NCBI GenBank assembly: GCA_039799905.1
Contig: JBDLRP010000006.1
Coordinates: forward strand, 1 to 64,000
DNA length: 64,000 nucleotides
Direction of reading: 5' to 3'
Origin: Pseudomonadota bacterium
Lineage (GTDB): Bacteria > Bdellovibrionota_B > Oligoflexia > Silvanigrellales > Silvanigrellaceae
Shown piece by piece: positions 19,516-29,113 of this stretch. The notes under the pieces were generated by a model. The model did no database searches, was not told the DNA's origin, and worked only from the letters and a program-made list of their open reading frames with translations. Within the stretch, counting starts at the first letter, position 1, and every line of letters begins with the position of its first letter. The translations under genes and the position numbers were made by a program.

Positions 19516-19869
19516 ATGACCAAAAGTGCGCAACCACTGTCACACGAACACACACTCGCATCAGCTGCTCGTCCGCGCCGGCGGCCCGATGAAATCTGGC
19601 ACTGCCGCGAATATTGGACCGGTGACTCACGCGATGGCCAATACACGAACGGCGATGGCTACCATTATTTCGAAATGCGTGGCGACGGCGTGATTGTTAA
19701 GGCACTCGAGTACTACGAGACCGAAGACGGTGAGGAGCGCACCAACGAGGTGCCCGAGCTCGTGGGGATCAATTGGTACGAGTTTTTTGGCTTCGACGAT
19801 GATGAGTTGCTCGAGGACGTCCCCGAGCACGAATTTACGTACGTCGAGCAGCTCATCCGAAAAGCCTGA
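19516..19869 (+). CDS. Small acidic hypothetical protein
   Basis: AAGGA SD; aromatic- and acid-rich sequence; start uncertain. Confidence 0.7.
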   Translation: MTKSAQPLSHEHTLASAARPRRRPDEIWHCREYWTGDSRDGQYTNGDGYHYFEMRGDGVIVKALEYYETEDGEERTNEVPELVGINWYEFFGFDDDELLEDVPEHEFTYVEQLIRKA

Positions 19870-19974
19870 CTGAGTCGTTCGCACCGACTCCCAACATCCG
19901 ACCCTGTGAATAATTGCCAAGCCCGCAAAGCTGATTAAATTGTCAGGTGACGTGAGCGGGTCTTGGGGGTTGGT

Positions 19975-20958
19975 ATGAACTATTATGAATTGCTGGGGAT
20001 TTCGAAAACCGCCAGTGAAGATGAAATTAAAAAGGCGTATCGCAAGCTGGCGATGCAATTTCATCCCGACCGAAATCCCGGAAACAAGCAAGCAGAAGAA
20101 AAATTCAAGCAGATTTCTGAGGCCTATGCCGTACTCTCGGACAAGGACAAGCGACGGCAATACGATATGTTTGGCGACTCTGCCTTTCAGCAGGGTGGTG
20201 GATTTCGTGAAGATGTCTTCCGTGGAGCCGATTTCAGCAGCATCTTTCGCGAAATGGGATTCGGTAACGTCGACTTTGAATCCATGTTCGCCGGCATGGC
20301 CGGTGGCGCAGGAATGGGTGGAGGTGCGGCAGGACGAGGCCGCGCATCGGGCTTTCGCGGAGGTGGAGGATTCAGAACCGGAGGGGGTGGCTACAGAACT
20401 CCTCCAGGCTTTGACACCTCCTTTGATGAACAGGAATCATTTGACGTCGAACAGGAACTCACCGTCGGCTTCATGGATGTCTATCACGGCGGCGAACGTC
20501 AGGTCGTGCTCAACCTGCGGGGCGGTGAAAAGGTCAACGCACGCATCAAAATTCCAGCGGGTGTGGAAGATGGAAAGCTGCTGCGCCTGAAAGGACAGGG
20601 ACTCAGCAAACCGAACGGCCAACGCGGTGACCTGTATCTCAAAATCAAAATGAGCGAACATCCCGAATTTCATCGCACCGGCGCGGACGTCGAATGTGAC
20701 ACCCTCGTACCATTCTCCACACTTGCATTGGGTGGACAAATCATGGTCATGACACCGCAGGGTGCAAAGAAGACGACTCTCAAAGCAGGCATGAAGAGCG
20801 GAGTGAAGATCCGCTTGAAGGGACTGGGCTTCGTCAAAGAACAGGGAAGCGAACGCGGCGACCTATATGCCCGCATCACCGTGCAAACTCCAAATGAAAG
20901 CGAACTAACGCCGGAGCTCGTAGAGTTGCTGGAAAAATTAAAACAAATTGGTTTCTAA
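19975..20958 (+). CDS. DnaJ-class chaperone (CbpA-like, no zinc finger)
   Basis: J domain with HPD, G/F-rich linker, DnaJ C-terminal domain (KIPAGV, GDLY). Confidence 0.93.
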   Translation: MNYYELLGISKTASEDEIKKAYRKLAMQFHPDRNPGNKQAEEKFKQISEAYAVLSDKDKRRQYDMFGDSAFQQGGGFREDVFRGADFSSIFREMGFGNVDFESMFAGMAGGAGMGGGAAGRGRASGFRGGGGFRTGGGGYRTPPGFDTSFDEQESFDVEQELTVGFMDVYHGGERQVVLNLRGGEKVNARIKIPAGVEDGKLLRLKGQGLSKPNGQRGDLYLKIKMSEHPEFHRTGADVECDTLVPFSTLALGGQIMVMTPQGAKKTTLKAGMKSGVKIRLKGLGFVKEQGSERGDLYARITVQTPNESELTPELVELLEKLKQIGF

Positions 20959-21017
20959 ATTTTGCCCGAATAACCCTGAACTGCTATCGTTCCCTCATCG
21001 ATTGAGAGGGGCGAATT

Positions 21018-21320
21018 ATGACAATGAGCTGGACGTTCAGAAATATCAGCGCGGACGAAGCAAAGACCATTTTGCAACAAGAACTCCAGGCTGCCGGAGT
21101 GCCATCTTTCGCGAGTGTTTCCTGGGAACAAAATACAATGCTGGTGCGTATTGAAAAAGGCGGAAAGAGCGAGTTCAAGCTCGCGCTGCAAAGCCAGGGC
21201 GCCGACACTAAATTCGTCGAAACAAAAAGAGACGTCGCCCTTTTTCACAAACCATTTGTCGGACGAGTGGAAAGTTTTGTCGATCAAATTTTGAACAAAG
21301 CCGGAGCAGCAAAAGCCTGA
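21018..21320 (+). CDS. Hypothetical protein
   Basis: 100-aa ORF with GAGGGG SD. Confidence 0.7.
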   Translation: MTMSWTFRNISADEAKTILQQELQAAGVPSFASVSWEQNTMLVRIEKGGKSEFKLALQSQGADTKFVETKRDVALFHKPFVGRVESFVDQILNKAGAAKA

Positions 21321-21326
21321 ACCACC

Positions 21327-23900
21327 ATGCCTGAAAACTCTCAGCCGGCATTTGGACAACGAGTCGCCCGCACAGAGACAGCAAAACTGCGTGCTCTCTC
21401 GCTGGCAGCGTGTCTCGCTGCAGCTGCTTGTACACACACAACTGAACAGGACAATGCTGGCAACTCGAATCAGTTGCAGTCATCGGCACATGGCAAAAAC
21501 TTCCTAAAAAGCGACTCTCTCACCAACGACACTCTCATAAAATTACTGCCGGAAAATATTTCGAGCGGCAAAAGATTTGCAAACAGCGCAATCGGACAAC
21601 GCCTCACGCGCATGACGGGCCGAGAATTCACACCCCATGATGTGCAAACACTGACAGCACTTCGCGCGCTCCTGATTGCACAACGGGAGGCCCGCGAGCA
21701 GCGCGCGGCTCAGACTCGCGAGCTTGCGAAACTCGTGCTCAAGACCGAACACCTGAGCACGCAGATTTATGCAAAGGCATTGCGTTTTTTGGCGCTAGCA
21801 GATGTCATGACACTCTCGGAAGATACGAACGTCGGCGAGGAAATGCTTGCACGTCATCCGAAATCTGAATTCAATTCTTTTCAGGCTCTTCAGTGTTCCA
21901 TCGCGTGCCAGACCCACGGATGGCAGATTCTTGCACGCGAGGACAGCGCAATACTGACTGCAGCGGGCTATCGGCAGAGGCTCCTCAGTGAAGAGGCATT
22001 TGCCACGGTTGGTCAGCAACAGCCGTCTTGGCTCAAGACGATTTTTTCGCAATCCATTCCCGTTGCCAGTAAAAAAGACAAAGTTGAAGACCAGGGAAAG
22101 CCTAAGCAAAGTGACACACCTGTCCAGCGTGTCTCGCGCTTGCGGGCGCTGGTGGAAAACAAGCAGTGGACTCAGGCGTCGCTGTTCGCGAAAAAAATTC
22201 TCGGCGAACGATCTGGACAGAGCCAGACAACCAACTCGAAAAACGAATGCCCGGCTGATGCATTGTATGCGCAGTATGCAATCGCGCAGGCAACTCGTAT
22301 TGCACAGGACCGCAAGACGTTTGCACGCCTACAGGATGAATTAGTCAGAGAACTCGATCGCAGCCGCTGCTCTCCTGAGGCGTTTGCCTTCGACAAAGAA
22401 CAATTCGACTCCTTCAAATTAGACGCAAGGCTTTGGCTTGCGAGACTTCAATGGGAACAAAACAAAAATCCTGAGGCTTTTCACTCTGCGCGGCAAGTTC
22501 TCAATGAAGCCACCGTGCTGCAGGCATGGGAACATGTGATTGATGCCGCAAAGGTGCTTATCGGTCGCGTCGGTTTCGAAATGCTCAACCCTACCGAGAA
22601 CATCAGTTTTCTGTCTGCGCTAGAGCCCGTTTCCTCGACAGCAGACTCCGAAGACTTTCAAGTATGGCTCATCTCGCGGCGTGGACTGATGCAGTTTCTC
22701 GACGGTGATTTCGCCTCTGCGCAAAAGTCGTTTGAGCGCGTGATCGATTTGACCAGCGACACTTCGATGCGGGCGATGGCCTTCTACTGGATTGGCCGAT
22801 CGCACCATGCAGCCAATCGTCTCAACGACGGCGAAAACGCCCTTCTCTCTTCCGGCATGACCGATCCCCTGAGCATCTATGACATCTTCTCGGGCCAGTT
22901 GATGGCGCGGGATTCGGGAAGGGCATCGACACAGGCAAAACAGGCATTTTACTCGAGCTGGCAGACAGAGCACGAAAGCTGGCTTCAACTCAACGAACGT
23001 CAGCCGTTAAAAATTATTGCATCCACTCAGCCGCGGACGCGGCTCACACTTCAAAGCGAAAAAATTCCGTCGACGGTAAGCTCGCAATCTCAATTCGACA
23101 ATTCACTTGAAACAGCAATAATGGTGATCGCCCTGCTGAGAGCTGCGAATCCGGCAATGACTCAGGATGAGTTTTCGCAGTTTTTGGCTCAATCGACTGA
23201 ACTTCTTCCCAGCCTGCTCAAAGGCGAAACAGTGCGGCTGCGTCAGTCTTTTCAACGACAAAATACCCTGCACGACGAAGTCATTCCGCGCGCACATCAG
23301 GTTGCTTGGCTCACGCACATGTTGGGTGATCATTCGAGTTCCATCCTGTTTGTCGGGCGCTTGCGCGAGACACTCGGATGGGACAGTGATTATCTGCCAT
23401 TCTTGTACTTCATTTTTTACCCGCGGCCATTCTCGCAAGAATTCAATGCCGCAGCCGAAAAATGTTCAGTGGACGTAGATCTGCTCTATGCAATTGCCAG
23501 ACAGGAAAGTCTTTTCCAACCTGCTGTCAGAAGCCACGTCGGCGCAGTTGGACTGATGCAGCTGCTTCCGACAACGGCGAGTCGTGTGCTGACAAAGACT
23601 GCCGGCATGGCTGCCAAAGAGAAGTTCGACCTCACAAACCCTGCGACAAATACAATCGCCGGCGCCTGTTACCTTAAACAGCTTTTGGACCGCTACAACA
23701 ACAATATGACCTTTGCTGTAGCTGCTTACAACGCCGGAGAAGCGGCGGTCGACAGCTGGGTGGGCAAACGACAAAAACTAGCCGACATGCCTTTTTTCAT
23801 TGAATTCATTCCATTCGCCGAGACAAAAACATACGTCCAGCGGGTGCTGAGAAATTATTACAACATCAAATGGATTTATCGCTCTTCTCCGGAGAAGTGA
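21327..23900 (+). CDS. Large lytic transglycosylase (Slt-like), probable lipoprotein with TPR-like N-terminus
   Basis: IARQESLF, GAVGLMQL, AYNAG, IPFAETKTYVQRV; lipobox-like LAAAAC. Confidence 0.9.
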   Translation: MPENSQPAFGQRVARTETAKLRALSLAACLAAAACTHTTEQDNAGNSNQLQSSAHGKNFLKSDSLTNDTLIKLLPENISSGKRFANSAIGQRLTRMTGREFTPHDVQTLTALRALLIAQREAREQRAAQTRELAKLVLKTEHLSTQIYAKALRFLALADVMTLSEDTNVGEEMLARHPKSEFNSFQALQCSIACQTHGWQILAREDSAILTAAGYRQRLLSEEAFATVGQQQPSWLKTIFSQSIPVASKKDKVEDQGKPKQSDTPVQRVSRLRALVENKQWTQASLFAKKILGERSGQSQTTNSKNECPADALYAQYAIAQATRIAQDRKTFARLQDELVRELDRSRCSPEAFAFDKEQFDSFKLDARLWLARLQWEQNKNPEAFHSARQVLNEATVLQAWEHVIDAAKVLIGRVGFEMLNPTENISFLSALEPVSSTADSEDFQVWLISRRGLMQFLDGDFASAQKSFERVIDLTSDTSMRAMAFYWIGRSHHAANRLNDGENALLSSGMTDPLSIYDIFSGQLMARDSGRASTQAKQAFYSSWQTEHESWLQLNERQPLKIIASTQPRTRLTLQSEKIPSTVSSQSQFDNSLETAIMVIALLRAANPAMTQDEFSQFLAQSTELLPSLLKGETVRLRQSFQRQNTLHDEVIPRAHQVAWLTHMLGDHSSSILFVGRLRETLGWDSDYLPFLYFIFYPRPFSQEFNAAAEKCSVDVDLLYAIARQESLFQPAVRSHVGAVGLMQLLPTTASRVLTKTAGMAAKEKFDLTNPATNTIAGACYLKQLLDRYNNNMTFAVAAYNAGEAAVDSWVGKRQKLADMPFFIEFIPFAETKTYVQRVLRNYYNIKWIYRSSPEK

Positions 23901-24321
23901 GCTCTTGAGAGGGCGCAGAGTTCAGTTCACCCTGTGCCACACTTCCGCCGGCGGCCTGAACGGTCGGGAGCAGATTAGACTCGCCCTCCGTCTCAGTGGT
24001 GTCGGATTGGACCTCGGTTGCTGCATGCGCGGCAATGCTTGGTTCTTCCGTTGTGGCTGAATTTTCCTGATGATGCTTTGTTTCTTCGGGGTCTGTGGTG
24101 TGTGAGCGCGCGGGTTGTTCGTGCTGCTGTTCAGTCAGAAGGTCACGCGCCACCTGATCTCGAACATCCAGCCACGAGCGCTGCAGATCATTCGTTACAC
24201 CGCGAAAGTTGTTCCAAGCTTTGACCATTTTTCGCATATTTTTGGGAAGGTCCTCGTTGCCGAATAACAACAAGGCAACGAGAGCTACGACGAGAACTTC
24301 TCCTCCGCCGATTCCAAACAT
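23866..24321 (-). CDS. tatB: Twin-arginine translocase TatA/TatB-family subunit
   Basis: MFGIGGGEVLVVALVALLLFG-NEDLP, amphipathic helix, acidic tail. Confidence 0.75.
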   Translation of the reverse strand: MFGIGGGEVLVVALVALLLFGNEDLPKNMRKMVKAWNNFRGVTNDLQRSWLDVRDQVARDLLTEQQHEQPARSHTTDPEETKHHQENSATTEEPSIAAHAATEVQSDTTETEGESNLLPTVQAAGGSVAQGELNSAPSQELTSPEKSDKSI

Positions 24322-24350
24322 ACGAAAACTCCCGCTTGGACCTCGACGAA

Positions 24351-25460
24351 TTACTTTTTGGCCAGCTCAGCTTCAATCAGTCGGACAAATTCAGCGCGAT
24401 CGACAGCACCACCCAACTTTCGGCCATTTACAAAATACGCCGGTGTGCCATTGATTCCAATATTTTGTCCGTCCGCCGCATCTTTGAGAACCTCGGCTTC
24501 CATCTTTGGATCCTTAAGGCACTCTTCAAATTTGCCTGCATCCAAAGACAATTTACCTGCCAGCTCTCTGTAAAGAGAGATATTGAGGCGTGCGTAGTTT
24601 TCAAACAGCGCATTGTGCATTTCAAAATACTTGCCTTGAGCCCCCGCACAGTTGGCTGCCACAGCGGCCGGGAGTGCCTCAGGGTGGATTTCGCGCAACG
24701 GAAAGTCACGATAAACCCAGCGCACTTTACCTTTGTACTGCTCGACGATTTCCTTCAACGTCGGAACCATGCGCGCACAGAATGGACATTGAAAGTCGGC
24801 AAATTCAACGATCGTGACCTTGGCATCTTTTGGCCCAAGGAAGTAATTGCCCGCGTCGTCCACATCAAGCTTGGGCTCGACCGGACGGCGCACTGCAACG
24901 CGTATTGCGCCGGAGTTCTTTGCTTGTTCGACAAGCTGTCTGAAAACACCCTCGCGCTGACGTCCTTCCAAATAGGCGCGTACCTGTTCAGCCCGCTGAT
25001 TCTCCGGGATGCGTTGCAACGCCGGATTTGCCTTGTTCTCTTCCAGAAAACTCTGAATTTCAGCAGCGGGTACGCTCACTTTATCGTTGAAATAGGCAGC
25101 TTGTGCTTCCTCAACTGAGGCAAACTTGCGCTCGGTTTTCATCTTTTCGAAAAATTCAGACACGTAACGCTGGATGAGAATCTGTTCTGCAGCATTGAAG
25201 ACCTGCATTTCAGCTTCATAAAGCTTTTGTGCTTCGCTGCCGTTGAGCTGCGCACGCTGCACCTGTGTTGAACCAAAACTGCCAAGCGAGCCGCTGTCAC
25301 CAGCCGCAGGTGCTGCGACTGCCTCGGACGGTGAAGATGGAGAGAATGGAAGACGTGATGAAATACGCTCTTTGTCGAGTGCAAATAACGGGACGAGACC
25401 AAGAAGTCCGCCCAGCACGAAAGCGGCACCGATAAGAACCTTGCTCTTTGACATGTTCAT
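24351..25460 (-). CDS. DsbA-family thioredoxin-fold protein
   Basis: EFADFQCPFC, YRDFPL, GINGTP; signal peptide. Confidence 0.9.
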   Translation of the reverse strand: MNMSKSKVLIGAAFVLGGLLGLVPLFALDKERISSRLPFSPSSPSEAVAAPAAGDSGSLGSFGSTQVQRAQLNGSEAQKLYEAEMQVFNAAEQILIQRYVSEFFEKMKTERKFASVEEAQAAYFNDKVSVPAAEIQSFLEENKANPALQRIPENQRAEQVRAYLEGRQREGVFRQLVEQAKNSGAIRVAVRRPVEPKLDVDDAGNYFLGPKDAKVTIVEFADFQCPFCARMVPTLKEIVEQYKGKVRWVYRDFPLREIHPEALPAAVAANCAGAQGKYFEMHNALFENYARLNISLYRELAGKLSLDAGKFEECLKDPKMEAEVLKDAADGQNIGINGTPAYFVNGRKLGGAVDRAEFVRLIEAELAKK

Positions 25461-25480
25461 ACTCTCCAGATTCAAACTAA

Positions 25481-26338
25481 TTAACGGAATTTACCTTCCA
25501 GTTCAGAGATATCCCTACGATACGCGGATTCTTCGGCGACGCCAACGACATCAGGGAGTGTTTTAGCAAACTCAAGCGTCTTCAGCGCGTCTGCCTTGCT
25601 TTGCACTTTGCTTTGCACTTCTGAGAGGTAGATGTGGTTCAGTTTGCTTTCCGGTGCCAAAGAAACCGCCTTCTTGAGGTCGTCCATGGCAAGTTTGTTG
25701 TCGCCGATGGAAACTACTCCGGGCAATTTATTGTAGAGACGGCCGCGCACACGCAGCGGACCTGCGAAGTGATATTTGGCGTCGATTTTGATGGCCTCGG
25801 TTAGGGCGTCACGCATCGGTTTGGCGGAACTCAGCGCGTTAAGAATTCCCTTCGCTATCCCCCAGCCGCCAAGAGTGACGGCATACCAGTAGTGCCCCTC
25901 AACCCGGTCGGCTGCCAACTTGCGAGCCTTTTCGCCGGACTCAGTTCCCACCTGGAAGACTTCCATTTTCTCGGCCGAACTGCTTCCTTTCGGCAGCGCG
26001 AAAAAGCCGCCGTAATAAGACATGCGCGAAATACGCCAAAGAACTTCGTAGTCATCGGGCAAAGCCGGTTTCTTTTTCAGGAATTCGATAATTTTAGAAT
26101 GAATTTCGTGACGGACGTTCCAAGCTGCATCCAACGACTTTACGTTGCTCTCAAGAACAATCTGAGCCGCGGATTGTGCGGGGGTCACTGCGGTGGCTGT
26201 GGGAGTTTGGCCCGCAGGCGCGGCACCGGCGGGTGTCGAAGTCCCCGCATTAGCTGCAACAGCGTGCAAACTCGACAATGCAGGGATAGAAAGTACGCAA
26301 CTCAGAAAGACGGAACGAACACGACAAGCGGACTTCAT
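25481..26338 (-). CDS. Exported TPR-like protein (TatT/RMD-like)
   Basis: Signal peptide; YEVLWRISR, EGHYWYA, GRLYNKLP helical repeats. Confidence 0.65.
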   Translation of the reverse strand: MKSACRVRSVFLSCVLSIPALSSLHAVAANAGTSTPAGAAPAGQTPTATAVTPAQSAAQIVLESNVKSLDAAWNVRHEIHSKIIEFLKKKPALPDDYEVLWRISRMSYYGGFFALPKGSSSAEKMEVFQVGTESGEKARKLAADRVEGHYWYAVTLGGWGIAKGILNALSSAKPMRDALTEAIKIDAKYHFAGPLRVRGRLYNKLPGVVSIGDNKLAMDDLKKAVSLAPESKLNHIYLSEVQSKVQSKADALKTLEFAKTLPDVVGVAEESAYRRDISELEGKFR

Positions 26339-26361
26339 CTTTTGATCTCCTATTGCAGAGA

Positions 26362-27579
26362 TCAAAGATATTGCTTGAGTGCCTCCACCTTGTCGAGCTT
26401 CTCCCATGGAAACTGACTGCGGCCGAAATGACCGTATGCGGCTGTTTCGCGGTAGCTGAAACCATGTTTTGCGGGATGCTTAAGATCGAACTGCGCGATG
26501 ATATCCGCGGGCTTCATGCGGAATGTCTCGCGCACGGCAGCTTCGATCTTCGTACGGCCGATTTTCTCGGTACCGAACGTCTGAACATTGACACTCACAG
26601 GATCAGCTACGCCGATCGCGTAAGCAATTTGCACCAGTGCGCGGTCTGCAAGACCGGCGGCGACGATGTTCTTTGCGATGTAGCGACCCAAATATGCGGC
26701 AGAGCGGTCGACCTTGCTGGGGTCCTTGCCCGAAAATGCACCACCGCCATGCGCGCCGTGTCCGCCATACGTGTCAACGATAATTTTGCGGCCGGTCAGG
26801 CCGCAGTCGCCCTGTGGTCCGCCGGTGACGAAGCGCCCCGTGGGGTTGATAAAGTAACGTGTCTTGGAATCGAGAAGATTCGCCGGAATTGTTTTCTTGA
26901 CCACTTCGTCGACGACGTACTGGTGAAGCTTTTCAAGGCTGACGTCGGGAGTGTGCATCGTGCTGACAACCACTGTGTCAACACGCTTGATAACACCGTT
27001 GTGGTACTCGACAGTAACCTGAGATTTGGCATCCGGACGCAGGAAAGGAACTTTTTCGACTTTGCGCTTGTGCGCAAGGTTGCTAAGGATGTTTTGCGCA
27101 TACTGCAGAGTCGCCGGCATCAATTCGGGCGTTTCGTTGATAGCATAGCCGAACATCATGCCCTGATCGCCTGCACCCATTTCCTTGTGCAGACCCTCAC
27201 CCTCGTTCACACCGACGGCGATGTCGTGCGACTGCGCATCGACAGCGACAATCACACCGCAGCTACGGTAATCGAACCCGTTTTCCGGATCGTCATAACC
27301 AATCTCGCGAATCGTTTCGCGGGCGATGTCGGCGTACTTGCGCGCCTTCATTTTGCATTCATCGTTGGTGGTGATCTCACCCGCAATAACAACCAGACCG
27401 GTTTTTACAAGCGTTTCGCATGCCACGCGCGCATGCGGATCGTATTTCAGAAGTTCGTCGAGGATTGCGTCCGAAACCTGGTCGGCAACCTTGTCCGGAT
27501 GACCTTCCGAAACGCTCTCGGAGGTAAAATAAGTGATTTCGGGATTGGATGACTGCATTGCAGCATGACTTCTGAACAT
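26362..27579 (-). CDS. metK: S-adenosylmethionine synthetase
   Basis: [49 protein letters not shown]. Confidence 0.98.
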   Translation of the reverse strand: MFRSHAAMQSSNPEITYFTSESVSEGHPDKVADQVSDAILDELLKYDPHARVACETLVKTGLVVIAGEITTNDECKMKARKYADIARETIREIGYDDPENGFDYRSCGVIVAVDAQSHDIAVGVNEGEGLHKEMGAGDQGMMFGYAINETPELMPATLQYAQNILSNLAHKRKVEKVPFLRPDAKSQVTVEYHNGVIKRVDTVVVSTMHTPDVSLEKLHQYVVDEVVKKTIPANLLDSKTRYFINPTGRFVTGGPQGDCGLTGRKIIVDTYGGHGAHGGGAFSGKDPSKVDRSAAYLGRYIAKNIVAAGLADRALVQIAYAIGVADPVSVNVQTFGTEKIGRTKIEAAVRETFRMKPADIIAQFDLKHPAKHGFSYRETAAYGHFGRSQFPWEKLDKVEALKQYL

Positions 27580-27620
27580 AAAACACCTCGCACGGGTGAA
27601 CGGTGAACAAGTTTAAAAAA

Positions 27621-27975
27621 CGAGGAGAATCTGTAAGCCGGATTCTGTCGACGACCACAATTTCTCTTGCTCACACCGTTACCGGCGGAGTCCTTGCAAC
27701 CAACCCGGGCGTCAAACGGATCGAGCCAATCCTTCGCCCCTATTTGGTTTTGCTTCGGGTGGGGTTTGCCAAATGCCGTGTCGCCACGGACACCCGTGAG
27801 CTCTTACCTCACGATTTCACCATTGCCGGACTTGCGTCTTAGGCTTTGTATTTTCTGTTGCACTTTCCGTCGGGTTACCCCGCCTGGCCGTTAGCCAGCA
27901 CCCTGCTCTTTGAAGTCCGGACTTTCCTCACTCATGTCTCTGATAAGACACGGCGCTGCAGCCCGATCCTCCTCG
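27621..27975 (-). ncRNA. rnpB: RNase P RNA (bacterial type A)
   Basis: Minus strand has GAGGAAAGTCCGGAC near the 5' end and ACAGAATCCGGCTTA near the 3' end (P4); terminal P1 helix CGAGGAG/CTCCTCG; P18 hairpin with GTAA loop. Confidence 0.95.
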
Positions 27976-27983
27976 TTGGGGCC

Positions 27984-28012
27984 GTCATAGCCCACCACCC
28001 CCCTGACTTCAA
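27984..28012 (-). promoter_or_regulatory. Candidate sigma-70 promoter of rnpB with GC-rich discriminator
   Basis: TTGAAG ... TATGAC at about 16-17 nt spacing, then GGCCCC just before the P1 5' strand. Confidence 0.5.
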
Positions 28013-28021
28013 GCAGGATAT

Positions 28022-29113
28022 TTAAACAGTTTGCGCGGACGACCGTCGGTTAAAAATGGCCCTGATTTGCCCGGAACTGATGTGAGCATAAAGGAGACCC
28101 ACCGCCGTGTTTACGAGCAGAAGAACAGCGCTTTGCAGCACCCCTGCCGAGGCTACGAGAGCGGGAGAAACTGCGAAAATACCGAAAATTGACGCCATGA
28201 TCAGCTGGTATCCGCCGATTCCGGCAAAGCCCAAAGGTAGCAGGGCTGACAGCGAGATCAGCGGGTACGCGCAGACGATCTGCAGAAAACTGAGCGACTC
28301 GCCAATCGCAAGAGCCGATAAATATAAGGAAAGACTGGTTAATAGGAGACTCGACATGCTGATGAGCAAGGGTACGAGCAACCTCCGCGGATGGCGACTG
28401 GCGGCATCAACATCGTGCCGAAGTGTCTCAAAATGCCCGAGAATCATGTTACGCCAACGCCCAGAAAACGACTGAGCGGCAAGTCCGTGCACTTTCCAGC
28501 GGCGTTCCAAATTCCGCAACAGGCCCAAGCGCACCAATAATGGTGTGGTCAGCAAAAGGAACGAGCCAATGCCGGAGCTGAGCAACAAAAACCCCGGTCC
28601 ATTCAGGAGCCCAGACTGTCCGTCCCGTGAAATTGACTGAAAGCAGAGGTAAGCGGAAAAAATAAATCCCAAAACCAGAATTCCGAGGAATCCGATCAGC
28701 CGGTCGGCAAATGACGCAATCGCAAGCCTCGCCTTGATGCCGGCCAAACGACCCGGTTGACCATTCGCCTTTGGCGCGGCGGATTGACTGCCCACCATCA
28801 ATCCGACCCGCAAAACTTCGACAACAGCGAGCGAACCGGGGGCCCACTGCCCGACTGCGGTGCTGACAAAGGTCGCAGAACTCACCTGCCGCAACGGCGC
28901 AGAAATACCCAAAACGCGGAGCAAAGCGGAATATCTGATCATCATGACAAAGGCCGTCAGCAGCTGAACGCCGGCAATCATCAAAAGTATAAGCGGACGA
29001 CTTTCAAACGCGTTGACAATATCGCCCGTTCGCAAAAAACCAAGACGATGCATTAAAAACAAAAAGCCGATGCAGAGTAAAAAAAGCACCAGGGTGCGCA
29101 ACAAGATTTTCAT
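28022..29113 (-). CDS. Lysylphosphatidylglycerol synthase TM-region (flippase-like) membrane protein
   Basis: Multiple TM helices; DRLIG and LPLGFAGIG motifs. Confidence 0.7.
   Translation of the reverse strand: MKILLRTLVLFLLCIGFLFLMHRLGFLRTGDIVNAFESRPLILLMIAGVQLLTAFVMMIRYSALLRVLGISAPLRQVSSATFVSTAVGQWAPGSLAVVEVLRVGLMVGSQSAAPKANGQPGRLAGIKARLAIASFADRLIGFLGILVLGFIFSAYLCFQSISRDGQSGLLNGPGFLLLSSGIGSFLLLTTPLLVRLGLLRNLERRWKVHGLAAQSFSGRWRNMILGHFETLRHDVDAASRHPRRLLVPLLISMSSLLLTSLSLYLSALAIGESLSFLQIVCAYPLISLSALLPLGFAGIGGYQLIMASIFGIFAVSPALVASAGVLQSAVLLLVNTAVGLLYAHISSGQIRAIFNRRSSAQTV

Noticed and set aside
26353..27552. 399-aa plus-strand ORF
   Set aside because: Antisense shadow of the highly conserved metK; no motifs; explained by codon bias.
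27580..27620. SAM riboswitch before metK
   Set aside because: No SAM-I or SAM-II consensus seen; the structured RNA upstream is RNase P.
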